A stretch of 63,622 nucleotides of DNA, counting the filler, from Hyphochytrium catenoides (Eukaryota; Protista; Hyphochytriomycota), in the NCBI GenBank assembly GCA_900088475.1. It is 6 parts of 6 records of this genome, joined end to end, with 100 filler letters (N's around TTAATTAATTAA, not from the genome) between each part and the next. Parts side by side here need not be neighbours in the genome. Positions count along the whole stretch, not along the records: positions 1 to 15,616 come from FLMG01004685.1; positions 15,717 to 26,639 come from FLMG01001579.1; 4 more parts are not named here. One strand, written 5' to 3'. The notes below the pieces were generated by a model. It did not search any database and was not told the origin of the DNA. It was given only the letters and a program-made list of their open reading frames with translations. Position 1 is the stretch's first letter; every line of letters starts with the position of its first letter. Positions 10,936 to 23,209 of this stretch are shown piece by piece. The position numbers and the translations under genes were made by a program.

Positions 10936-11940
10936 GGCGTGTTTCCCCGCGGTCAGTCTCATAGATAGATACGGTAGAGTGTCGATTGATCTTCAGGCTA
11001 TCTTTTTATTCACTTCGTCTACTAACTGAACCAGAAGGAGAGAACTATACAAACTTCAACTGCTAAGCGCAGACGAAACCAGTGTTGGCAACTTTTTTTT
11101 TAAGCTTATTAAGTCTAGACTTATTAAGCTTTTTAATAAGTCACCTTAAAAATTGGGCCCCCTTAATTAGTAATCTGTACGCTTAAAAATGATTCCAGAA
11201 TAATGGCTCTTTTGTATGATATAATCAGAATAAAGCATACAGGTAATGGATATACCCATACTGACACACATTGAGTTGGAAGGCATCTCAGAGCCCTTTT
11301 ACCCTAGGTTTACTGGAGTCACCTACTAAGAATTTTTAAGCTTATTAAGTCCTTAAGTAAGCTTAGAAATTCGGCGACTTAATAACTTAAAAAAGATTTG
11401 CCTTAATAAGCTTAAAAATTGCCAACACTGGACGAAACTATCTTGAGTGGACAGAATTGGTTATATATAAAGAATGCCTAGTAATAAAGGGTTTATCCTA
11501 AGGTGAGTTCTGGAATCAGCCATAGAGAATTTATCAAGCGAGGAGAAGCAGCTTCTAATTCTCTCTCTCATCACCTCCTCACCTGGCCGTTGGAGAGTAA
11601 ACTCCTTATTTGGAAAGCGTTTCTCCTTTCCAGCGGCCCATAAGAACACGGCGAGCAGCCTGGAGCCGCAGAGCAACCTGGAAACGCAGCCCAACACGCA
11701 GCAACAAACAATTCTCCTCACTTCTCAAGTCGTCATTCTTTCCCTCGCCAGGGGTATAAGACAATTGCGGTCAAATTTCACGTTGCGGAGCTATGACGAC
11801 GGTATGAAGTGAGCGAGGAGGATAACTAGTAGGGCTTTATGCACCCAAAGAGTCGAGCTCCTGCACATGCGTCAGGAGGATAACGCGTGTACTAATCGGC
11901 GAAGTGAAGGGAGTTCTCTGTGGTCTAAGATTCCATCATG
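10936..11940. repeat. Tandem duplication, copy 2 (interrupted by MITE)
   Basis: Same blocks as copy 1 plus a 351-bp insertion at 11080-11430. Confidence 0.9.
11080..11430. mobile_element. Non-autonomous hAT-type MITE (351 bp)
   Basis: TIRs CAGTGTTGGCAA (11080) / TTGCCAACACTG (11430), extending into TTTTTAAGCTTATTAAG. Perfect 8-bp TSD GACGAAAC at 11072-11079 and 11431-11438. Multiple subterminal CTTATTAAG/TAAGCTTA motifs. An 8-bp TSD with CAG termini is typical of the hAT superfamily. Confidence 0.93.
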
Positions 11941-12719
11941 GTTGCGTCTAAATTAATGCCCGATGGTCTGTCTTCCTCCTCTTTCTCAAGTCTGGGCGTG
12001 TCTGGCTTCCCTTACCGGAGAAGCACAAGGAGACACGGCAGACACGATTACTTCCTCTTCTTATTATAGCCGTGTGTCCGGGTCTGGGGCGTGGCCCAGG
12101 AAGTAATAATGATACTGCCAGTTCTGCTTCACTCATTCCATCCGAATCATTCATCATCCTCATCAGATTCCCAGGCAGTGTCGTGACGAGACATTGTCTT
12201 TCAGTCGTTTATTTATTTGTCAATAGGAAGCGTCACCACTCACCACCATCGCATCGACTCGGAGAACTACAAGTACTACTTCTAATACTTCTACTCCTAG
12301 CTAATAATAAGCTAGGAGTCGCCTGCTCCGCTTACATTCTCGCATTTTACTACCTCGAGTTTTATGTTTATTGGTAGAAAGTAGTTCTTAGAGGAGGAAA
12401 CAAAGAACCAAGATGGCTGGGAAGTCAGACCCGAGTAGTTCTACATGTTCCGTCGGGACCAAGTGATAGCTGGGAATAGGTTAGTCCCACGGGTTCTGAC
12501 CTGTTGACCTAACATACTTCACGATCTACAGGCAGCGGGTGTCAGTAGCTTGGGCAAACGGGTCTATGAGTGGGTGAGCCCATCCGTCTTGGCAACCTCA
12601 CAACCAGGAAGGTGGCAGGAAGTAAGGCTTCCTAGCGTCACCCATCATTGTCCCAAAAGTTCGACGCCCATCTCACCTCCTAGCCCTCATTGTCCTCTTT
12701 CTTCTCTAAAAAGATAGCC

Positions 12720-13090
12720 TTCACTTTCAGCCCTCATTTTCGGCGTCCGTCGACCTTCACTTCCCTCTGTCCTTCAGTTCTCACTTTCCTCTGTCCTTCA
12801 GCCTTCACTTTCCTCTGTTCTTCAACCTTCACTCTCCTTCAGCGTTCAGGTTTTCCTCTCTAAGCTTCAGCCTTCAGGTTTTCCTCTCTAGCCTCCAGGC
12901 TTCAGCTTTTCCTTTCTAACCTTCAGTCTTCACTTTCCCCTGTTCTTTTCTCAGCCTTCAGGTTTTCCTCTGTCCTTTAGCCTTCACCTCCTTCTCTACT
13001 TCAGCCACCTTCACTTTTCTTCAGCGTTCATTAACTTTTTTCTCTGTCCTTCAGCCTTCACTGTCCTTTGTCCTTCCTGTTGCAGTTTCC
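12720..13090. repeat. Degenerate ~24-bp minisatellite (consensus ~CTTCAGCCTTCACTTTCCTCTGTC)
   Basis: Roughly 14-15 imperfect tandem units visible directly. Confidence 0.8.
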
Positions 13091-15616
13091 TCTCTCCTGC
13101 AGGCTCTCTATTTCACCATCTGCTGATCTTCTTTCCATCTTCCTTATCATATCTTGTAATTCTCACCTTCCTGCGTCAGCGGTTTCTCCTCTTTGATGCT
13201 CCACTGTCCTTCTCTCTTTGCGCCTTCGTCAGCCTAGCCATGACCCTCGTCTTCTCATTCGCTCCTCAATCTCTCCTTTAGCATTCGGCTCTGTTCGGGA
13301 CTGAGGTACCATCCTTTCTCTTTCCTGATAACCCCTTCTCGTGGGCCTATCAGTTTGCTTGGTGGCCTGTGGCCTACACTCCAAACGCATGTTCAGCGTC
13401 TTTTCAGTCTTTACTTTGCACTCTCTTTTACGTTACACTAAGCCTTTCTCCACAATCTGCCTGCCTCTCTCAGTAAAAACTGCGTCAAGGTGAGACGCGC
13501 AGTAGACATGACCTATATAACGAATAAGGGACTAGTTAAAGGAAGAAGACAACGCGGTCTATGAGCAACTTGCCATTCTGATGCAGCCAAGGAGGAGGAA
13601 GGCCACTTGACTAACTTTTCAGAGACGTATGTGTTATTAGTTCTCATCGTACGTTGCCAAAAGTTGCAACCAGATAAACAATCCTTCTACTATAAACGCT
13701 CCAACCTGACTATGCCGCACGCAGCATTGGCGCTGATAGGACATACCCACAGTTGGTGCTAGTAGGGCGAGAAACGCTCAACCTCCCGGCGCTGCCGCTT
13801 AGGGCGAGCGTTGAATTAGCATAGGTCACCAGTTATCCCCAGGCCGATAGGGCGGAGGCGAGGGATCAGCACCGCTTTATATTTTTGATAGAGTTAAGCG
13901 GTACAACTAAGCTCAGGTCCGCTGTATCTTGATCTCTGCTTCGCTTTTCAGCGACGACTTCCGTAGGGGTTGAAGACGTGGTTTGTCAGCCATGAATGTG
14001 TACTGTGTCGATTCGCTATTACCTCCGATGGTACGAAGTTCAACTTCTGAGACGACGTCATTAGTTCATTTCTAAGTCCGCCGGCGTTCAGTACAGCAGC
14101 AGTGGTCAAGACTCCCCTGATTTCGACGAGTCATACGGGAGCAATGCTTCCGTTTCCTGGTGGCTACCTGATGAGGCTCGTTACGATTTTTGTAAGGCCC
14201 ATCCGGTTCGAAGGATTGCCCTTCATCCTCTTTGTCCACTTTTTCTATCTATTTCCTTATTGATGTCTTTTTCTGTGCCCCTCCCGGTTTCTCCTGGGTT
14301 TTCTTCCCTTCTTCCGTCTCATTTTCCTCCTTATCATCTTCTTTATAGAGGTCTCTCTCGTCGGTCGCTTTTACTTTCGAGCTTCTTTCCCGACTTCTGC
14401 TTCGCTTCCGTCGTCGTCATTACTACGGTCCTCGGCCAAGACCTTCCTTTAATCAGCAGCTCCCTGGTTGGCCTTTTGTGGCTCCTTGTTAAGGTCGCCT
14501 TCCTTTTGATTCTGAGGAAGCTTAGGACAGGTTCTATCCGTCGCGTCATCCTCAAAAATATTGTCCATATCTTCCTCCGCAACATCCTCTACATCCTCCA
14601 AGTGATCACTGTTATTGCTTTTCTCCTCCTCCTCGTCTTTTGCCCCGTTCTCATTTCTTTCTTCCTCCTCTTTTTCTCGTCGTCATACTATACCATTCTT
14701 CACCATTTGGCTCTTCTTCGTATTTGAGACCCCTTACCTGCTCTCCTCGTCCTCTTCTTCTTCCTCTTCTTCGTCCTCCTATGCTTGGTCCTCCTCATCT
14801 TCGTCCTTCTCTTCTTCGTCGTCCTCGCTTCCGTCGTCCTCCTCTATCACCTCATTGCTTCTCTTTGTTCTATCGACGTTCTCTTTAAAAGCACTCTCTC
14901 TCCCCCACGTCTCGTGTATACGTTTCTCTAACTAGGTAATCTTACTCAGTCCCTCTATTTTGCTTAATGCTGTCTCTCTTTTTGTCTCTTCGTTCAACCT
15001 TCATTGTTGACAGTCATTTTTGATCATTAGCGATATTCTGATAATGATTTAGATGAGGAGGTATTGGGCAGAACTCTGTGCCACGGGAGATTTAGAGAGA
15101 AAAGAACAGACCCAGGAATGGGATGAAACGCTGCTACTACATGTAGGAGCACTTCGCACGCAGAAGAGCAGACGGGCATGGGAGGAGACTTGGAACACAA
15201 GACCACAATTTTTTCTTACTAACACCTATAGGGCCGAAACCCACCTCAACCCTGTTCTCTTCTCCTTCTATGCTTGACTCCATTCTCTTCAGGGGGAACA
15301 AACAAATAGACGGAACGGAGCTATGTGGCTTTGGCATGAGGATGTTCTGTCGGACTAAGCTATAACTGGGGCTAACTTAGTCCAACAGGTTCTAACGTGT
15401 TGGCCTAATTTACTCAGAGATCCACCAGCAGCAGCACTCAGTATCTTGGTCCAACGGGAGTATGGGTGGGTGAGCCCATCCGCCCTTGCAACCTCCCATC
15501 CAGGAATATGGCGGGAAGGATATGTTTTGGCGGGAACGTCTTCTCCCAATCTCTATCTTCTTCAGGGCAACCGCACCACCTATTCAGTCCTTCCTGTCTC
15601 ATCACTCTTCTTCTCG

Positions 15617-15716
15617 NNNNNNNNNNNNNNNNNNNNNNNNNNNNNNNNNNNNNNNNNNNNTTAATTAATTAANNNNNNNNNNNNNNNNNNNNNNNNNNNN
15701 NNNNNNNNNNNNNNNN
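15617..15716. other. Artificial scaffold spacer N44-TTAATTAATTAA-N44
   Basis: 100-nt linker with stops in all six frames; identical spacers at 26640-26739, 28915-29014, 31970-32069 and 62506-62605. Confidence 0.97.
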
Positions 15717-16052
15717 AGGGGGATCTCTCTTTCTGTACAAGGCAACTCAAGAAACAGAACAAAAGAGCGAGGGAGACGAGACAGAGCGCGGGTGGATGAA
15801 GGGAGGGGCTGGAGGGATACTGTGGATGTGTGAGATGTGAGATGTAAAGTCAGACAGAGAGCAGGACACAAGATAGCCGGGCCAGTGGCCAGGATGGGTG
15901 GGGAGGCAGCGGAGAGTGTGAGGGAGAGTAGAGGGGTGTAGGTAAGATAAGGCTAATAATTACTTTGATAAACGAGAATTACAGGTGGGTCTGACTGAGA
16001 AGCACTGTGCGTTTGAGTGGGTGGGGCAGCCTAGAAACAAAACTGGAATCCT

Positions 16053-16100
<48 letters not shown>

Positions 16101-16991
16101 CTCTCTGTCTCTCTCTCTACTTCTCATAACCCTTACTCTTTCTCTGTCTCTCTCATTCTTTCTCTGTATCTCTCACTCTTTCTCTGTGTCTCTGTCTCAC
16201 ATGCTTCCCTTCTCATCTGACTCTGTCCACTGGCTCCCTTGGTGTAACGCTCTCGAGGGTTAGCGAGGAAAGACTGTGGACCAGCGCCAGTTCCTTTGCC
16301 CCTTGACACCAACTGAACAGTGAGTCTTGCTGCTGTTGGAGCGGCGGCTAGGGCGGCTGCTGCTGGTCATCGAGCGGTCGTCTCTTTCTCTTTCAAGAGA
16401 AACATCAAGAGAAAAGGATAAGTTGATGCTCTTCAACTGGGAACGTCTCTTTTGCCCTCTGTTGACTGACTCCTGCCACGCCGAGAGAATTGGACTACTC
16501 TTGCTGCGGGGACTGCGACTCCTTGTCTCTTCTCTCGCTGCTACTTTCGCCGGGAGGAGCAGACACAGGACCAGACAGCGTAGCAAACGCGGCAGGACAG
16601 ATAGAGCAGGCAGGCAAGTGCTGCGCTTATAGAAAGATGAAAGTAGGACGTGCTGAGAGTTGGAGAGAAGGCCTTAAACCAGAAGGAAAGAGTTGTATTG
16701 GACTTGCGAGCTAGTAGACGATTGATGAACCACAAGCATCGCCTCTCCCTAAGCCTCTCTGAAGGCAGCAGTGAGATAGCACAAACACCTCTCTCTTCTC
16801 TTTTCTCTCACCAAGCTCTCCGGTCTGCAACCTTCTTCTCAACTCAGCCTCACTCCTTCGTTTCTCCAAAGACGAAGCTTGCAGGACCGTTGCTCTGGAG
16901 CTTGGTACCTTCTCCCTCTTTACTTTACGCCGCCACTTCTCTAGAGTCAACACTAAATAACAGACGGTTATGACGCCTTCACTGCTTTCTC

Positions 16992-19900
16992 CTAACGCTC
17001 GTCCTTGTCGTCCTCGTCATCCTCTTCATCGTCCCACTTGGCCGGGGGCTTGTCCTTGGCTTTCTGCGCGACAATCTGCTCCATGTGCTGAACGAGCTCG
17101 GGTAGGTTGTCGTGCAGCAGGATCGTCTTTCTTCTCGTCTCCTTCAGATCTTTCGCTGTCCTCTGCATCGATACCCCGAAGCCGACAATAATGTCGTTGT
17201 GATGCGAAGAGGCGAAGATGTCATTGCAATGAACGTCCCCAATGCCCTGCCTGATGATCTGGTGCAAAAGGAGAGATGTAGAGCGACAACGTTGAGAAGC
17301 AGATATGGAGGAAGACAGACACGGAGAGAGAGTGTGCGAAGGACAAGAAAGAGAGAGAGAAAGAGATGAACGAGAGAGAGAAAGAGATGAGAGAGAGAGA
17401 GAAAGAGAGAGCGAGAGAGGGAGAGAGAGAAAGAGCGGGTTTGATGTCAGCTTCTTTAAGTACCGGGTACAAGGGAAGAGCGGCTACAACGAGGTACTCG
17501 CAGCAAAGTTGGCGCCATTAAGCGAGAGAGGGCACGACAGGGCTAGCGCTCACGTTAGCGGCCAACGGAGTAAGAAGAAGATGATGGTCAAAGAGAGACA
17601 GAGCTAGTCCGCACTACCTTCACGTTCGGTAGCTCCCGGACGCCGTCAAAGAGAGTTTGCAGCGCCCCCACCGTGTCCGCCTTTATGATAACAGGTATCA
17701 TTGCGTTGTAACGCCGACGCTCTTCGGCAGGTGACAAGTGCTGATTCTCTTTCCTCGTCTCTCTTCTACCCTTTTCTCCCAATCCCGTTGCTGTCTTTGG
17801 TCTACTCACTGACGCCGTTGGACGAGGGAGCTCTGCAGGCAGCTCAATAGCTCTGGAGCATAGGTCTTCATATTCTATTTGAAGGAGCCTAAGATGAAGA
17901 GGATAAACAATGAGGCGGCTCTGGTATGGCAGGAGTCGCTCTCTCTCTCTTCTATACCTCGACATGGAGGGGCCCTCCTCCATGCCTTTTCGAGTTGAAG
18001 CCTTCTTTCGACCTCTTTCTATATGCTCTCTCTCTTTCTCTCACTCTCTCCTTGTGCCTGTCTGTCTCTCTGTCTCTCTGTCTCTTCTCCGGGGAACACT
18101 ACTATCAAAGACTCTCAACCATAATCTGACAACTATTCGTCGGCGCCAATTTGTCTCTCTCCTTTCTTTCAGCCCCGTACTCACCTTTGCTCCGTGACCT
18201 TCTCTGAGGCCTTAGCATCGCAAGCTATCAGCTTCTGTCCCACTGGCAGATCCCTCGTCTTGGACGCAAAGGATATCGTGACCCTTGCCACCTTTCCAGG
18301 AGGAACGGCATCCACGACTTGTCCACTCTCATCTTGCAAAGTCTTGATGGACCCTCGGATCATGCCAGCCACAATATGATCCTTCTTTTTCAGTGTTCCC
18401 TGCTCTATCAGAACCTCTAGGGTAAGTCCTGAACCCCTTGCCATGTAGACCTCAAGTACTGAACCCACAGCGGGCCCAGAAATGTTTACGGAAAGGTCTA
18501 GACTGGCTGCGGCATTCGCTATCTCCTTCTGCAGCTGTTGAATATGCAACTTCTTCTTGGCTGAGATAGGGACAACGACTGCTTTGTCCAGGTATTCGAA
18601 CTCTCTTACACTCTCTATGGCGGTGTTGATACTCTCCGAGGAGGCTGCGTCTATCTTATTCAGTCCAACAACAGTCGGAATCTTCACGTCCTCAAGCCAG
18701 CCAATGCACTCGCCCGTCTGCTGTCTGCAGCCTTCGTCAGCTGCCACGACCAGAACGCAGAGATCAGCTACTTCACTGCATACAGATCGCATAGCGAAGA
18801 ACTGTTCGTGACCAGGAGTGTCTAACACAATACAGGGGCCCAGAGACGGGATCTGGACGTTGCTGATATTGATTCTCTGTGTGATGCCGTGGGTTTCAGA
18901 CGGAGCGATACGGTCTCTTTCTGGACCTCTAAACACGTCGACCAGCGTGGTCTTACCGTGATCAACGTGGCCCATGACGAGGATGACTGGGGCCTTGATG
19001 CCATCCTTCTCAAGATGTTTGTACCTGAGAAGAGTGTGATATCATGCAAAGCCAAACAAAGAAGAAAATGATGAGCTACTGGCACACACAGAGGCGCAAC
19101 GCAGCGCAAATAGTCAATATCTGAGGTCAAACTGGGAGAGGAGATCGCCGAGATGGAACTGCAAGAAGATGCCAATCATTTGCTAGAAAAGAGTGATACT
19201 CCAGAAGACCATGTAACGCATCGCAGAGCTACGTTTGAAGCTAGTGCATAGTCAGGCAGACTCGTTAGAAAGCAAACAGCGGAGAGAAATATAAGACTGT
19301 TACTGGGCTAACCTTAGAACTAGTTCGTCGGCTGGGTGCAACATAGCAGCCTGCTGGCCTTTCAGAGCCTTGGCCACTCTGCTGCTGTGCTTGAAAGGAA
19401 GGATAATCTCTTTGATTGAGGCGAACACTACGGTCTTTCCGCTCTCATAGTCGTCAAACAGAAACTTTCTCCGCTCTCGCCTACAGTGCTCAAGGACCAC
19501 CGCCTCCACGGGCACTTTCAGGAGCTTCGCAAGGTCTCGAGCTCGGATCAGAGGAGGGATGTAGACGTCGGGTTTGAATATTCCTGGCCGTCGCTGCCTG
19601 GAGCATTCAGAAGGGTAAGAAAGGCCTTGCTGGCGAATAGAGCTCAAGATGGGAATGGAAAGAGAAGGGAGAGTGGCCGCTTGGCAAGGAATAGGGACAA
19701 ACAGCCTGGCTTCAAGGGAGAGATAAGGTCGAGAAGAGAGAAAGAGGCACACATGCTTAAAGAGCCACAGAGAGAAAGAGAGAGAGGAGGGAAGGAGACT
19801 ATAAGGTGGCAGACGGAGACTATAAGGTGGCAGACAGAGACAGGAGAGAGAGAAATGCAACGAAGGGTGGGAAGGCATATCGAGAGGAAGAGTAGAAAGT

Positions 19901-20144
19901 ATCCCCGTCGTAGTTCCAGGCAACATACTGGTCGATTTCTTCTACATCGACCACACGCAGATGAGGCTTCCTTCTGAGTCCTCTGCAGAAAACAGAGCGA
20001 ACCGGGTAAGAACGAGTCAGAGCTAGTAGAGGAACCGACGGCCAACCTTCGTTGGTTTGCCCAGGTACTGGCCCTATCCAACCAAACGTATGTGCTCGCA
20101 TGCTGTCTCCTCCTCCGAAGAGTTGATAATATGGCGGCGTTCAT
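16992..20144 (-). CDS. Organellar (probably mitochondrial) translation initiation factor IF2-like GTPase, multi-exon, apparently lacking the C-terminal C2 domain
   Basis: G1 MGHVDHGKTT, G2 GITQRI, G3 DTPGHE, G4 NKID, G5 SAK (18181-18975); IPVIIKADTVGALQ (17588-17983); IIRQGIGDV...DIIVGFGV (16992-17267); N-terminal IRARDLAKLLKV helix; Arg-rich N-terminus MNAAILSTLRRRRQH. Exact 5' exon structure uncertain. Confidence 0.85.
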
Positions 20145-20602
20145 CTTCTCTCTTGAGAAACGTGGAAAGGTCACCACCCGCTAGCTGCCGGCATTGTCGA
20201 CTTGCACGACTACGAGAACCAGGGGGTAGTGCATCTCCCAGCACTTACTGCACCGGTGGAGCTTCTAGCTTGCTCTTCCCTGCTCTTCATACTCTCTTCA
20301 GAGAAAGACCTTTGCAGGCTGAAGGCAGGCAACAAGAGAGCTTCCATAAGCTGTTCAATGACAGCGCGGCGACAATAGCAAGCAGCGAAGGATGTACCTT
20401 CTACCCATCTGTTGCCCTTCATCCGCAGAGACAACTCACCTCGTCCTCCAGCAATCATCAGAAGCACACACCATTGTCACACTCTAGTCGTTAGCAGCGC
20501 TGCTAATAGCCGCTAACGTCAGAACAGAGGAGCGAAAGGTCAAAAGCATAGACGCAGCTCGATGACCTTGATAAATGAGTGCGAAGGGAAGAGCTTGTGG
20601 CC

Positions 20603-20775
20603 GAGCTTGAAGACAGTGTAAGGAGAGTTGGACTAGAGTGGCTTGAAGACAGTCTAAGGCATGGAGTGGCTTGAAGACAGTCTAAGGCATAGAGCGGCTT
20701 GAAGGCAGTGTAAGGACTAGAGTGGCTTGAAGACAGTATAAGGAATAGAGTGGCTTGAGGACAGTCTAAGGACTA
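20603..20775. repeat. 28-bp minisatellite (TAGAGTGGCTTGAAGACAGTCTAAGGAC), ~6 copies
   Basis: Head-to-tail units without spacers, immediately downstream of the DnaJ stop codon. Confidence 0.9.
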
Positions 20776-20802
20776 GGGTAGGGCTAACTTGTGAGGTTTA
20801 TT

Positions 20803-22086
20803 CTATGGCAGAATGCCCATGATCGCATTTTTCTGGCTCTCCGTGAGCTGGGCAGGGAAGGCAACAAAGAACTTAACATACAGGTCTCCATATTTGCCTC
20901 CTCCGCCTTTAATAGGCATGCCCTCCCCAGGGATCACTACTACTTGGTCGGGGATGGTGACACCATTTCTCTCCACCGCCACCTTGTGGCCGTCAATGTG
21001 CTCTACTTCTGTCCTGAAGCCCACCAGCGCATCTTTTAAAGAGATTGTGACCGTCGTATGGAGATGGTCCCCTTGTCTCACAAATGTCTTATGTGGACCC
21101 TGAACGACTCTGAAGACAAGGTTGCCTGGCGTATGGTCAATCAGCTCGTCTGCTAGCTCCTCTATTGTAATCGTGTCCCCATGGTTGAGCCCCTTCTCAA
21201 TATCAACGACAAATTGTTCTTCCTGCTTCTCGTACATTCCTTTGGGGCACTTCTTGCAGTTGGGCTTCCAGCCCCTGCCCTGAGAGATGCACCTGCTGTC
21301 ATGCTGTTGCATCTGCTGAATAAAGCCTGGTCCGAGTCTGCGGGTTACCACCTTGATGCCAGGACCTGAAAAGATGCGAATCAGTATCGTTACAGAAGTA
21401 TTCAGACGGATAGAAGTCTTGGTAAAGAGAGTTTAGGTCATCGAGAACACTTACAGTCAACATGGAAACGAGTGTGCTCTGTAGTAGCGAAGAGATAACC
21501 GACGTTGCACCAGCGAAAGTATAGAAAGCACCATATCAACAGAAGTCCGGATACCTGCACATTCATCAATGTCCATCTGGCACTCGTCAATTCCTGCACA
21601 GAGAACCTGTCGAGTGAAGCTTCCCTCCACAATCTTGCCCAGGTAAAGGTCTTTGAGAGATAGACGAAGGGGAATATGGAGGTCAGGAGAGCGCTGCTGT
21701 CCGTGGCCACCTCTGCCTCTGCCTCCGCCAAAGCCGAACATGTTGAAGATGTCGAAAGGGTTCATACCCCCTCCTCCATCTTGGCCTTGCTTTTGCAGTC
21801 CCTCTTCGCCATACCTATCGTAGATTTTTCGCTTTTCTTCATCTGAGAGAACTTCATAGGCAGAAGCAATAGCAGCAAACTTCTTTTCTGCTTCTTCCCT
21901 GTTCTCTGGGTTTTTATCTGGATGGTGCTTGATGGACAGTTTCCTATATGCTCGCTTAATCTCACTCTGAGAGGCCGTTTTTGAGACCCCGAGCTCTTTA
22001 TAATAGTCACGACCAGCTAGGATTGGGGAGAGCATCATGCTCAGGAAGAGCAGACACATCACAACGGTAGAGTGTAGGCGACCCAT
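20803..22086 (-). CDS. ER-lumenal DnaJ/Hsp40 co-chaperone (ERdj3/DNAJB11-like), 2 exons
   Basis: Signal peptide then [11 protein letters not shown]...KHHPDKN J-domain, G/F region, [10 protein letters not shown] and CxxC motifs, C-terminal [10 protein letters not shown]...GEGMP...GDLYVKF. Intron at ~21366-21555. Confidence 0.9.
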
Positions 22087-23209
22087 TGCTCCCGATTGGG
22101 AATGGAGGAGATATCCAACAAACAGCCACACGTAGCACTGGAGGCAGTCCGCACTGCGGGTAGCTTTAATCGAACTCAGAACAGAGTCAAACCTACCGCC
22201 TGCGGAGCAGAAAGGGCCTCAGAGGTGACCAGAATGCTACGCCCTTATCGCTAGCAGGTTATATTTCCTGCTTCTGCCGCCACGCTAGTTGAGGTTCGAA
22301 GTGACAGCAGATAGAGGAGATGATCCTTAGAGAGGATCTTGACAGCAGCCGTTTCCTACCTCTCTCTCCGTTTGAACGTCCGCTAAGGTAAGCCAATAGT
22401 GCTCACGAGCTCTATGTTGCTATTCTGGCAGAGTTCATGCGCTTCCTAGGGACGACCTGCCGCGGCAAATACTTCCTCGGCGTAAGCGCAATGAATCTCT
22501 TTCTCTGTGATGATCCATCATCAATCTCTCTTGGGGCCGGAGCCAAGAGACAGCCACGTGGATATTGAAGTATGGTGAATTATCTGGAATTAGCACTCTA
22601 AACACCTCTATATTATGTATATCAGCCCATGTGATCATAAATCGAGAGAGATGTTTTTTGTAAAAGCCTATTTACGCGAAATCGGTAGAGAACAGACAAT
22701 ATAATCCTGGGCCTAGCTGCCAGAGGAGGAAGCAAATGGGTTTCTCTAGAAGGTTAAATTAGTTGAAAGATACACCTGTGGGAATTTTATAAAGGGCGGA
22801 AAATTCGCATTCACAGTGAGTTTCTTGATGTATTGACAGATCTGTCCGGGAACTCCTTGTGTGTCGACTGCAGACTCTGTGAAGACGGATGAGAATTGGA
22901 GAGAGCTTTTTGCTGAGGTTCTAGATGAAGTTTCTAAGAAGGCTAGATCGGAACGGCGCTGTGCTTCTGGACGTGTAGGAAGTAGGGGCAGATTATTGGC
23001 AGAGCGTTGAACTTCGCCGTTATTTGCTACTGGTGCCATCATCGAAATACGGTGCTCTCCGTGGTCGACATCCCCGATCGCTTTGTTTGCTTTGTTGCCA
23101 GCTCTGGCAGCCGTTCTCCAGTCGCTCTAACCAGCTAGTCAGTGTCTTTCGTTGAGGCCACTTGCCTCCTACCTGACCGGCGCGGAAGATCTCGCTCGAC
23201 TTTATCACC

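Noticed and set aside
14260-14935. Hydrophobic + strand ORFs resembling membrane proteins
   Set aside because: Antisense of Glu/Asp/Lys-rich low-complexity sequence with stops; no family signal.
15617-15716. Recurrent TTAATTAATTAA motif (five times in the window)
   Set aside because: Always centred in N44 flanks; an assembly linker, not biology.
20603-20775. CRISPR-like 28-bp repeats
   Set aside because: Units are head-to-tail with no unique spacers, there are no cas genes, and the context is eukaryotic; it is a minisatellite.
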